NCBI GenBank assembly: GCA_965233865.1 | Contig: OZ247587.1 | Span: 736,001-800,000 of the forward strand | Length of the DNA stretch: 64,000 nucleotides | Direction of reading: 5' to 3' | Source: Candidatus Neptunichlamydia sp. | Lineage (GTDB): Bacteria; Chlamydiota; Chlamydiia; Chlamydiales; Simkaniaceae | Part shown: piece after piece, positions 41,238 through 50,462 of the stretch | Layout: each line of letters starts with the position of its first letter | Numbering within the stretch: position 1 is the first letter of the stretch | Notes under the pieces: model-generated | The model's database searches: none | The model's input: only the letters and a program-made list of their open reading frames with translations | What the model was told of the DNA's origin: nothing | Made by a program: the position numbers and the translations under genes

Positions 41238-42563
41238 GTGACAGCTGCTCACAATATTGAATTGGGTGGAGATCAAGTTAACGCTAAAGCATTAGATATG
41301 GTAGCTCTTCCAGCTGAAGTCGATATTTCAGAAGATGAATTGCTCCCTATATTACCTGAAGGTGTTGATTTTAAGGAGGGAACTGACGTTTATTTTGCGG
41401 GATTTCCATTAAAGCATGACAAAATCACTTTTCACAAGGGAATGATCTCTTCCGTGAGTAAAGACCGAAATTTTAGAGAGTTCACTATTGATGGAACCGT
41501 TGTTCCTGGGAATTCTGGAGGTCCTGTTGTTGCTCTTCATAATGGCCAACCTCATATTATTGGAATGATCACCTCTGAAATGGCTGATTTTAGTCCTGAG
41601 GATTTGATAACAATCCAATGTATGGAAGAGCTTAACCAGCATTTTATAGACCATCCTCCACAACAGATTTCTAAGATTGGTGATCTAGTTACAACTCATG
41701 CAGGAGCACTAAGAAAGTTCCCCGTTAAAAATGGTAATGGACAGACTAGTTATGTTAGTTTAACAGATGTTCAAATAATGACTAGGTCTCTTAGTCTTAT
41801 GAAACGCAACTTATCCACGGGAGTCGGAAGAGATGTTGATATTCGGGAATACCAACATCTTAATTCCCCCCAGTCTATTCAAGAACCTGGCAATCTTTCG
41901 GGTTATTATCATCTTACCGGCATAGAATCAGAGAAAATATTAAGATTATCTCTAGAAGAAATTATAAATCCCACTATAAAATACCATAAAAATGGAAATA
42001 TCGATTTTAAAAAAGAAAATCTAATTTACATTAAAAATAGATACCCAAAAAAATTTGATGAATCTGCAAAAGCTTCCCTAGGGAAAAGTGGTCTACATAA
42101 AAATACGTCCAAATACTCCATTAATGGTCACATTGAGAGCGATCATACAATCCCATATGATGTTTGGAAAAAAACAACAAACGAAAAAATGAAAGCTATA
42201 ATGGAAGATCATAAAAAAAAGCTTACAGTAAAAGGTAGTAGCACAAAGCCAAGGCCTGGAGAAGGGGAGCTTCCTGCTATCACGATCCCTTACAAAAACC
42301 ACAGAAATCTTCTGACTACAGGTTCTGGAAAAGAAAAAGATACTTTTCGTCAAAACCTTACTGATCGTTGTAACGATGGCAAGGTTGATGAAGCTTTAAT
42401 TTTTTGCTTTAAAGATTATGCTGACAAAGAAATAAACTTAAAGGACTATAAAGTTGCAATTACTGAATCTCTAAATCTTTACCAAGAAAATCTAGGTTTA
42501 ATTGCAGAAGACAAAATTGAAAATATAAAGAAAGCTATTTTCCAAACAAAATCAGCGGCATAG
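41238..42563 (+). CDS. Trypsin-like serine protease domain fused to a putative His-metal (HNH-like) nuclease/toxin domain; 5' end possibly damaged
   Basis: TAAH, DMVAL, AGFP and PGNSGGP protease motifs; C-terminal ESDHTIP...PAITIPYKNHRNLLTTG...FRQNL. Confidence 0.7.
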   Translation: MTAAHNIELGGDQVNAKALDMVALPAEVDISEDELLPILPEGVDFKEGTDVYFAGFPLKHDKITFHKGMISSVSKDRNFREFTIDGTVVPGNSGGPVVALHNGQPHIIGMITSEMADFSPEDLITIQCMEELNQHFIDHPPQQISKIGDLVTTHAGALRKFPVKNGNGQTSYVSLTDVQIMTRSLSLMKRNLSTGVGRDVDIREYQHLNSPQSIQEPGNLSGYYHLTGIESEKILRLSLEEIINPTIKYHKNGNIDFKKENLIYIKNRYPKKFDESAKASLGKSGLHKNTSKYSINGHIESDHTIPYDVWKKTTNEKMKAIMEDHKKKLTVKGSSTKPRPGEGELPAITIPYKNHRNLLTTGSGKEKDTFRQNLTDRCNDGKVDEALIFCFKDYADKEINLKDYKVAITESLNLYQENLGLIAEDKIENIKKAIFQTKSAA

Positions 42564-42571
42564 CTTCTGAT

Positions 42572-42706
42572 GGAATACAAAAGAAATGGACAATGCCTGT
42601 AAGAGGCTGGAAAGAAGCCATCTCATATTTTGGGATAGCTTATGAAGATAGGATCTCAAAAGGAGTTGAGGCCTAATGACCATTTACACAGTTTAGATTA
42701 CACTCC
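42572..42706 (+). mobile_element. IS256-family 3' remnant
   Basis: GIQKKWTMPVRGWKEAISYFGIAYEDRI* followed by an IS256-like end TTTACACAGTTTAGATTACACTCC. Confidence 0.8.
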
Positions 42707-42756
42707 CCCGAAAACGGCAAGATTTGAATTTGAAGGTGTCAGATAAAAAGTATCCA

Positions 42757-43680
42757 TCAGATCAAGTCTTGGCTATTACATTTGAGAGATGCGATTTCTT
42801 TCAAGCTTAATCCAGTCAGCTTGGAAATTTGATCGGTTGAAATATTTTCTCTCAACATAGAACAGGCAACTTTCTCAATTCCTTCCTCACGGCCTTTTTC
42901 AAGTCCTTTTTCTATCCCTTCTTCAAGTCCTTCTTCACGACCTTTTTCTTCATATTTTTTTAAGGTATTTGCTTCGATTCTCAGCCACTTGAGTTGACCC
43001 TCATAGATTTCGCGCTCATCATCAGAAAAGTTCATGACGTTGAGCACATCGATCGCTTTTTTAACTGGTACATTGTCCAAAGACTTTGGCAAGCTAGCTG
43101 TACGAATCAGATCATTTCTGAGCAGAAACGCAGACCAGAGATCTAAAGCGCTTTGAATTTTAGATCCAATATCTTCAAATTCTTTCCCTAGGCCGTCGTT
43201 GAATTTTTTCAGTTCTATTGTATGAAGCTCCAGCTCCTTAAAGTAATGAAGACCCGTTTCTTTTTCTGTGATATGGAAAGCGTTGTGATACTTTTCAGAG
43301 TCTAAGATGGAGATGAAATTCAAAATATGGATCCCTATGACTTTTTCTAGGGTGCCATAGTCTTCTTTTTCTTTGAGCTGGTCTGTATACAGCTTCGCCC
43401 AATAGTAAAGGGCCCTTTTGTCATAATCAGCTTCATCGGTAATTTGGATTTCAATATTGAACTTCTTTCCATGGTTCCCTTCGGCTTTGATGTCGAGGAT
43501 AGAGAGCTTGTCATTCTTAAAATTCTTTTGATTATAGGGATTGAGCAGGGTCACATCGACAACCTGATCTTTCTCTCCTACGATGGAGTTAATCAAGGAA
43601 ATGAGAAGGTCTTTGTTGTCTTCGGTGCCAAAGATTTTCTTGAAGGCAATATCGACTCGTGGATTGATTTTGTGTGACAT
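42757..43680 (-). CDS. Rpn family PD-(D/E)XK nuclease (recombination-promoting nuclease/putative transposase)
   Basis: PRVDIAFKKIFG, ILDIKA, NIEIQ, RALYYWAKLY; EKGREEG C-terminal repeats and the ISKLTGLS tail. Confidence 0.93.
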   Translation of the reverse strand: MSHKINPRVDIAFKKIFGTEDNKDLLISLINSIVGEKDQVVDVTLLNPYNQKNFKNDKLSILDIKAEGNHGKKFNIEIQITDEADYDKRALYYWAKLYTDQLKEKEDYGTLEKVIGIHILNFISILDSEKYHNAFHITEKETGLHYFKELELHTIELKKFNDGLGKEFEDIGSKIQSALDLWSAFLLRNDLIRTASLPKSLDNVPVKKAIDVLNVMNFSDDEREIYEGQLKWLRIEANTLKKYEEKGREEGLEEGIEKGLEKGREEGIEKVACSMLRENISTDQISKLTGLSLKEIASLKCNSQDLI

Positions 43681-43756
43681 GACGTCTTACTCCTTAAAAC
43701 TTGGGTCTATTCTACCCTCTTGAGAAAAACCCTTCAATAGGTATCCTCTCAAAAAA

Positions 43757-45924
43757 TCAATAGTCATAGTCTTTCCACGTCAGAAAATTGACTCGTGTAG
43801 ACTTTAGTATCTCTAGCTCCATGTTATCGTCCTCAGTGAGGATTGCGGTTCTATCCCCTGCGGAGTCTTTTCTACTTTTAGCGATTCTTCCATCACAAAC
43901 CTTAATTTTCACTATCAAAGGCTTCCAAAAGCACATAGTCCTCCATTGGCACGATCGCAACTTCAGCGCCATTGAAATCGTGTAAAATACGCTCTCCTCC
44001 AAATGAGACTCGATTAAACGTTTCTTGCTCTTCTTCTTTCGATTTTCCTTCAACTTCGTGGCCTTTGTTGGGCTCCCACCCTACTGGGGATTGCACATTT
44101 TCTAAAGCTTCCATATATTCTCCTTATGGTTTTGTTGTTCTTCCTCAATGCCTAGCTGAATATCTATTTCTTTTTCTTGTTTTTCCAGATCAGACCAAGA
44201 GCCTACTACTTCATCTGATCGAATACCTTTATCTTCAAAACCCTCTGTGAAATCGTAATCGGTTTCTCTTGCGTGCATGTTTTCGTAATCAGCTAAGCGC
44301 TCTAATATTCCTAAGCGCTCTAGTTCAGATCCCCATACAAGTATTTTTCGATCTTCTAAGATGGAGAGATCAACGCCTTCTTTTAGATCTCTTTCAAAAG
44401 AAAGTGAGTCTTCTACAGACAAGCCTTTTTCATGAGTGCTGCTATTGAGCATGGCAGCACTCTCCACAGAAAGAAAAACATACTCCTCCTGTTTGCAGTT
44501 CTTAGTTGCTTCTTCCGCTTCCGCTTGAGAAACACATATCACTACAATCGAGCGCTCACTTTCTGTGGTGAAGATGCTTTTGATATTGCTGATGGGCTCT
44601 AGCCTCTCTGATTGGCAATGTTCTTGATAGACTGCGAGTTTCTCAAACTGTATCTCTTGCCTTTGCGCAATAGCTTCTTCCACCCTTTGAATTTCAGCTT
44701 GCCTCTCTAAATCTTTCTCTATGGGTCTCATAACCTTGTCTTCTATAGAATAGACTGTGATGTTTTTGAGTTTTGATACACTATATTCCTGATGTTCTGT
44801 ATGTTGTAAGGCCTCTTTTGAATAGAAATCATGGCTACATAGGAAGTTTGTTTTCCATTGAGAGAGTTGTGGAGAACGTAGATGTCCCCTACCGTTCTAC
44901 CTTGAGATCGGAAAGTAGTCGTTGCGTATCCTAGTTGCCAAGAGCCGTATTTTTTCGGATCAAAGGATACAATCTTGGTGTACTTGGAACTGTCTTTTTC
45001 CTCCTGATCAAGCTTTACAACAAAACGGTCTTCTTCAGCTTTAACAAGTTCTCCCTTTAGGCCGTTTGTTACACCAATAGCGCGATCATTCTTCCTGAAT
45101 TCAATCAAATCTCCTTCAGAAACACGTGCAGAACCAAATATTGTCTTGCAGGAGTATTCTTGCTCTTTCAGCTCTCCTTTAACCATGCGGACGTCGTGAG
45201 CTACTTGATTGAGTACTAGGATTAGGGATTTGTCATAGGACTTAGATTTGTCGAGGTAATGAGAAAAAGACCAATCTACTATGAGTTTTTCCATTGCGTT
45301 AGCTTTGTCTTTTTCGAAGTTCAGACATTTTTCCTTGCTCAATCTTCTTAATGCGGCTTCAATATCTCCTTGTGCAAAACTTTGCGTTATAGATCGTTGA
45401 TCTTGGGAGTGTTGGCGTTGTGTATAGTGCAGTTTCGAAGCATCATATTTTTCTGATAAAACCTGAAACATCCCTCCTCTATCGACTGAGGGCATTTGGG
45501 AAGAGTCTCCTGAAAGGATGAGCTTGGCTTTGTGGGCATGAGCTACCCTACAGAGTTCATTAAGCGCTTGATTCCCAAGTTTGCCGGCTTCATCTACGAT
45601 CCATAGCTCTTTGAATTTGATCTCTCTGTGGCCGTGCTCTTGAGCGTATAGAAACCTTGGGACGTTCTCAGCATTAAAGCCTTTTTCTTTGAGGAGGTTG
45701 GCGGTGGCATTGTCCGGACCAAACCCTCGCACTCTGATTCCTTTTGCTTCGTAAGACTCTTTTAAAGCTTCTAGAACGTAGCTTTTTCCGGTTCCTGCAT
45801 ATCCTTCCAAAACATATAGGCCTTTTCTTCCCGATAGCAATCTGATTACTCTTTTGATTCTTATCAACGACTTCTGCAGCATGAGTTCGTAATAGTAGAA
45901 AAATATATGCAAAAATCTTTTAGT
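43757..45924 (-). pseudogene. Fragmented TraA-like conjugative relaxase/helicase (RecD-type helicase part) and downstream fragments
   Basis: GYAGTGKS, IVDEAG, LSGDSSQMPSVDRGG, FRKNDRAIGVTNG and GYATTTFRSQGRTV. The 5' part is cut by the IS5 at 45927. Assigning the broken ORFs at 44102-44731 and 43757-44114 to the same gene is tentative. Confidence 0.8.
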
Positions 45925-45926
45925 TA

Positions 45927-46769
45927 GGTTGTGTTGAGAAATTTCCATGAGTGGTGCAAGCTGACTTCCTGAAGAAGGAGATCCATATGCTATACCCGCA
46001 TAAAATAAATGACCACGCCTGGTCGAAACTTTACGAATATCTGAGTAATTACCCCAAAATACACACAAATAACAAAGAGAAAACTCGTTGCTTTGTAGAG
46101 GCTGTATTTTGGATTGCCAAGAGCGGAGCACAATGGCGTTTGCTACCAAAGGAATATGGAGACTGGAATGCCGTCTATCATCGTTTTGCAGACTGGGCTG
46201 AACATGGTGTGTGGTACAAGATGCTCTACTATTTTTCAAATGATCCAGACATGGAATATATTATGATCGACAGTACAGTCCTCCGCGCTCATGCCTGTGC
46301 CGCAGGAGCCAATAAAAAAAAACCGGAGGTCAAAGCGAGCAGGCCTTAGGTCGATCCTGTGGAGGTTTTACGACTAAAATCCATAGTATCTGTGATGCAT
46401 TAGGTAATCCACTTGATTTTATTTTAACAGGTGGTCAAGCAGCTGATTGTCATCAAGCTATTCCTTTGCTCAAGGGTAGGGATTACAAAAGATTATTGGC
46501 TGACAAAGGCTACGACAGCAATGCAATCATTGATCATGTAAAGAGCATCGGAGCTGTTGCCATCATTCCCTCAAAGAAAAATCGCATTGATCATCGAGAG
46601 CATGATAAAGACATATATAAAGAACGACACAAAATCGAATGTTTATTTGGCTTCCTCAAACATTATAGACGATTGTTTTCTCGGTTCGAGAAGTTAGCAT
46701 CAAGGTTCAAGGCATTCCTTCATTTTATCGCGGCTCTCCAATGGTTAAAGTAAATTTCTCAACACAACC
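45927..46769 (+). mobile_element. Apparently intact IS5-family (IS427-like) element
   Basis: Perfect 18-bp IRs GGTTGTGTTGAGAAATTT and AAATTTCTCAACACAACC, with TA on both flanks. Confidence 0.95.
45987..46753 (+). CDS. IS5 transposase expressed through a -1 frameshift at an A9 tract
   Basis: AAGGAG SD, then ATG 45987. ORF A (WRLLPKEYGDW, MIDSTVLRAH) joins at A9 (46314-46322) to the -1 frame (ALGRSCGGFTTKIH, ADKGYD, YKERHKIEC). Confidence 0.88.
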
Positions 46770-46815
46770 TACACTCCCTAAATTTTTTAGAAAAAATTGG
46801 TTCTTGAAAATTAAG

Positions 46816-46847
46816 GATGCCCCGTCAGCTTGCTGCGGGGGGCTTCA
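46816..46847 (+). mobile_element. Solo IS200/IS605-type right-end hairpin
   Basis: GATGCCCCGTCAGCTTGCTGCGGGGGGCTTCA closely matches the right end of the IS200 at 34375-34407. Confidence 0.75.
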
Positions 46848-46938
46848 TTGTCACCTTTTGGGCTTACAAACACCGATAGGATCTTGTGAGAAATTCCCCT
46901 ATGTGTTAATCTTCGTCAGAAAAAATAAAGGTAGACAG

Positions 46939-47214
46939 ATGGCTAAACGGTGTCAGGTAACTGGGAAAAAACCCGGTCGAGGAAAAAGTTATTCAATCCG
47001 AGGAATTGCAAAGAAAAAGAAAGGGATTGGTCTCAATGTGACAGGAACGGTCAAGCGCCGCTTCCTCCCTAATCTTGTAAAAAAACGTTTTTGGTTTTCA
47101 GAAGAGAACCGCTTTATTACTTTGAAGCTTTCAACTAGCGCAATGAGAACGATTGATCTTCGAGGAATTGCCGTAATTGTGCGCGAACTTCGTGCAAAAG
47201 GGCAAAAAATTTAG
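46939..47214 (+). CDS. rpmB: 50S ribosomal protein L28
   Basis: MAKRCQVTGKKP...KRRFLPNL; true start ATG 46939 follows AAAGGT. Confidence 0.96.
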   Translation: MAKRCQVTGKKPGRGKSYSIRGIAKKKKGIGLNVTGTVKRRFLPNLVKKRFWFSEENRFITLKLSTSAMRTIDLRGIAVIVRELRAKGQKI

Positions 47215-48100
47215 TTTTATCCCGGCTATCTTAGCCGGGGTTTTTTTTATTTTTTACACTCTACATGTCTCTTTGCCTAATTCAAAGAAACCCTATCGTC
47301 TCTATTCCACAGATCAAGGAGACGATTTAAAAGAGGTTTTAAAAAAATCGATTCGACATAGCAAAAAATCTATTACACTCCACACTTATGCTGTCACAGA
47401 TTTAGGGATCCTTTCTCTTCTGAAAAAAAAAGCTGCTGAAGGTGTTGAAATTCACCTCGCCTATCATCAAAAAACTTCTCCTAACCTTCACTTGCTTGAG
47501 GAAAAGAACTTTCACTTTCACCCCATTCAAGAAAAAGGGCTCATGCATGAAAAAATTTGGATTATCGACAAAGAGCTTCTCTTCCTAGGCTCTACTAACC
47601 TCACTCCATCATCCTTAAAAATGCATGATAATTTGATGATCGGTCTCTACGCCCCAAATCTTGCTAAAATGCTCTCAAACACCCGCCCTTCAAAAATCAC
47701 GGATAAGGTCGGTGATCGAGATCTCCTCTATTTTTCACTTCCAAATCAAGAAGCTTTGAAAACTCTTCTTTCCACCCTCGACCAAGCAAAAAAAATGGTA
47801 AAAATATCCCTATTCACCTTTACCCACCCCCTCTTAGTTGAGAAGCTGATAGAGCTCCATGAAAAAGGAATTAAAGTCTTTGTCACCCTAGATGGGACAG
47901 CGGCTCAAGGATCCAGTAAGGAGGCAAGAAAACGGCTTGAGGAGGCTCATGTGAGGGTAAAAGTGAGTAAGGAGCGCGCCCTTTTTCATCACAAAAGCGC
48001 AGAAATAGATAATAAAATTTTTATTACAGGGTCTGCGAATTGGACAAAGTCAGCATTTAACAAAAACAGAGATTTTATAATATTTATATATAATAAGTAA
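47177..48100 (+). CDS. Phospholipase D-superfamily protein with two HKD motifs
   Basis: HEKIWIID...GSTN and HHKSAEID...GSANW; N-terminal TM; start uncertain. Confidence 0.9.
   Translation: MCANFVQKGKKFSFIPAILAGVFFIFYTLHVSLPNSKKPYRLYSTDQGDDLKEVLKKSIRHSKKSITLHTYAVTDLGILSLLKKKAAEGVEIHLAYHQKTSPNLHLLEEKNFHFHPIQEKGLMHEKIWIIDKELLFLGSTNLTPSSLKMHDNLMIGLYAPNLAKMLSNTRPSKITDKVGDRDLLYFSLPNQEALKTLLSTLDQAKKMVKISLFTFTHPLLVEKLIELHEKGIKVFVTLDGTAAQGSSKEARKRLEEAHVRVKVSKERALFHHKSAEIDNKIFITGSANWTKSAFNKNRDFIIFIYNK
47221..47248 (+). terminator. Rho-independent terminator after rpmB, overlapping the 5' end of the PLD ORF
   Basis: CCCGGCTA-TCT-TAGCCGGG followed by a T run. Confidence 0.75.
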
Positions 48101-48147
48101 TTTATTATTATTGTATTAATTACTGTTATAATTTATAATAGTAATCC

Positions 48148-48843
48148 ATGGAAGAACTATTATCAATCTCAGTACCACCTAGCTTTCCCGAGGAAAGACC
48201 TCTAAAGGCCCGAGAAACGCTCTCGATGGCTAAAGGTACTATGGCACTTGGTGGAATCTCTCTAGAAGGGCAAAATGTTCTGAGTCTCGTACAAGAGAGT
48301 TTGAATGTCTCAGACTACCTCCAGGCTTCAAAGGACTCCCCTAAACTAGAAGGAAACCGATTCCAAAATTTTCAAGATAGTGTAGATGATATTCGTGTGA
48401 ATGGATTCTCTCTAAAAAAATTGGGGATGATGATTGTCTCTGCGGCCTTTATCACAAAGGCCTGTATTTCTTACTATGAAACCGTTAAAGGAACACCCTC
48501 CTCCCTCTATATTCCCTTTGCAGGACTTCTTTTTCCTGCTTATGGAATTCACTCAAGTGTAAACACAATTCCAGAAGATTACCAAAAATGGCTAGACGCA
48601 GAAGGCTCAGGTGAACGGTCTGATGCTTTTTTTGCATTAATGGAGACCGGAACAAAATTGGCGTATCATGTTGTAAGCCTCGTTGGCTACCTCTTCTACG
48701 CTGAACTGGCCGAAACGATCAATCTAGGCCTCTTTACCTTGATGTATATCGCATCGATTGCGGATATTATGAAAGCTGAGTACAATTCATTCCCTTCCGA
48801 TAAAGATAAGTACAGCGCCCCCCCTGTATTTTTAAAAATATAG
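48148..48843 (+). CDS. Hypothetical protein with hydrophobic segments
   Basis: 231-aa ORF with an AT-rich, promoter-like upstream region (TGTTATAAT). Confidence 0.7.
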   Translation: MEELLSISVPPSFPEERPLKARETLSMAKGTMALGGISLEGQNVLSLVQESLNVSDYLQASKDSPKLEGNRFQNFQDSVDDIRVNGFSLKKLGMMIVSAAFITKACISYYETVKGTPSSLYIPFAGLLFPAYGIHSSVNTIPEDYQKWLDAEGSGERSDAFFALMETGTKLAYHVVSLVGYLFYAELAETINLGLFTLMYIASIADIMKAEYNSFPSDKDKYSAPPVFLKI

Positions 48844-49082
48844 TTATATTTTTAATATATGTGATAGAATCAGGCCTCATGAACCTGTCCTTATCATCAA
48901 TGCAGGCAAGGGAGACTGAAGGGGAGAATAAATAATTAAACTTGAGTATTTTATTAAAATTTTAGTGGCCTAAAAGGAAGATAAATTCGTTTCAAAAGGT
49001 AGAACTATTAACCTTTAAGCAAACACTCTCATTTCCTGTTTCTCTTTTCAATTATGTGGGTGCTGCGCTATAGATTAAAGAG

Positions 49083-49673
49083 ATGAACCACTCGCTATTT
49101 ACAATCTCTTTTGCCCTGTTTTTACTGATGGACCCTATCGGCAATATCCCCATTTATATCTCCGTGCTCAAGAATGTCAAGCCTAAGAGACAGCGGATCA
49201 TTATTATCCGTGAGCTATTCATCGCCCTTGGGGTGATCATTCTCTTCACGTTTATTGGGGAATACCTCCTGAACATTCTTAACGTTGGACAAGAAACGAT
49301 TCTGATTGCTGGAGGAATCATCTTATTTATTATTGCTCTCAAAATGATTTTCCCAAATGGAGCAAGCTATGGAATAGAGGGAATGGCAAAGGGCGAACCT
49401 TTCATAGTCCCTCTAGCGATTCCACTGGTGGCAGGACCTTCAGTCCTAGCTGCTGTAATGATTTATTCCCACAAGGAATCAACACCACTTTTGATCTCTT
49501 CTATCTGCATTGCTTGGGCCATCTCAACTCTGATCCTTTTTGCCTCCCCTCTTCTAAAAAAAATTCTTGGCACGCGGGGAATCAGCGCCTGTGAAAGGCT
49601 CATGGGACTTCTTCTTACCCTGATGGCAATTCAAATGTTTCTTGAAGGGATCACCCTCTTTCAAAACAAGTAG
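49083..49673 (+). CDS. MarC/YhgN family membrane protein
   Basis: LMDPIGNIP, IAGGIILF, VPLAIPLVAGP and ERLMGLLL motifs. Confidence 0.92.
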   Translation: MNHSLFTISFALFLLMDPIGNIPIYISVLKNVKPKRQRIIIIRELFIALGVIILFTFIGEYLLNILNVGQETILIAGGIILFIIALKMIFPNGASYGIEGMAKGEPFIVPLAIPLVAGPSVLAAVMIYSHKESTPLLISSICIAWAISTLILFASPLLKKILGTRGISACERLMGLLLTLMAIQMFLEGITLFQNK

Positions 49674-49694
49674 GATTATGCTATCCTACTCTCT

Positions 49695-50435
49695 ATGAAT
49701 ATCAAATTGATTATTTCATATGATGGAACCCCTTATCTTGGTTGGCAAGAAGGAAACGATGGTCCCACGATAGAGAATGCTCTTCGCCAAGTTTTGGAAA
49801 AAGTCTACCAAGAGCCCATAGTTCTGCAAGCCGCCTCAAGAACGGATGCAGGAGTCCATGCTCATGGGCAAGTTGTAAATTTCAAACCGAAAAAAAAGAA
49901 AGATTTAACGCGCCTTTTGATCAGCCTCAATCAGCTCCTTCCAAAATCCATTCGGGTCCTTTCCTTGGAAGAAGTTAAGGACTCCTTTCACCCCACTCTT
50001 GACAATGGAGGAAAAGAATACCACTACCACCTCCACATTGCCCCTGTCCAATCTCCTTTTATAAGAAATTTTTCCTGGCACATTCATACTCCTATTAATA
50101 TTGAACTCATGAAAGAGGCTTCTTCTCTCTTTATTGGGACCCATGATTTTTCTGCGTTAACTAATGTCAATTTCCCTAAACCTAAGGATACCTCTCGAAC
50201 GCTCCGCCGCATCGATCTAATTGAAGAAGGCCCCCATCTTTGTATCGAGATTGAAGGGAATAACTTTCTTTATAAAATGGCTCGCAACATCGTTGGAACC
50301 CTTGTCTATGTGGGAATGGGCAAGTTAACACTAACTGAGACAAGGCGTCTCCTTTCCCAAAAAGACCGCATCTTTGCTGGAATAACGGCCCCTGCCCATG
50401 GCCTTACACTGCATACCGTTTTCTATAGACAGTAG
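49695..50435 (+). CDS. truA: tRNA pseudouridine(38-40) synthase
   Basis: YDGTPYLGWQ, SRTDAGVHA, GTHDFSA, FLYKMARNIVG and APAHGL motifs. Confidence 0.96.
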   Translation: MNIKLIISYDGTPYLGWQEGNDGPTIENALRQVLEKVYQEPIVLQAASRTDAGVHAHGQVVNFKPKKKKDLTRLLISLNQLLPKSIRVLSLEEVKDSFHPTLDNGGKEYHYHLHIAPVQSPFIRNFSWHIHTPINIELMKEASSLFIGTHDFSALTNVNFPKPKDTSRTLRRIDLIEEGPHLCIEIEGNNFLYKMARNIVGTLVYVGMGKLTLTETRRLLSQKDRIFAGITAPAHGLTLHTVFYRQ

Positions 50436-50462
50436 ATCGAAACATTCGTATACTTCCTAAGT

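Noticed and set aside
44743..46239. 498-aa ORF as a complete TraA
   Set aside because: Its first ~105 codons are the antisense strand of the IS5 element; only the part left of 45925 is helicase.
46741..47214. 157-aa extended L28
   Set aside because: The extension runs through the IS5 IR and the IS200 hairpin; the real start is ATG 46939.
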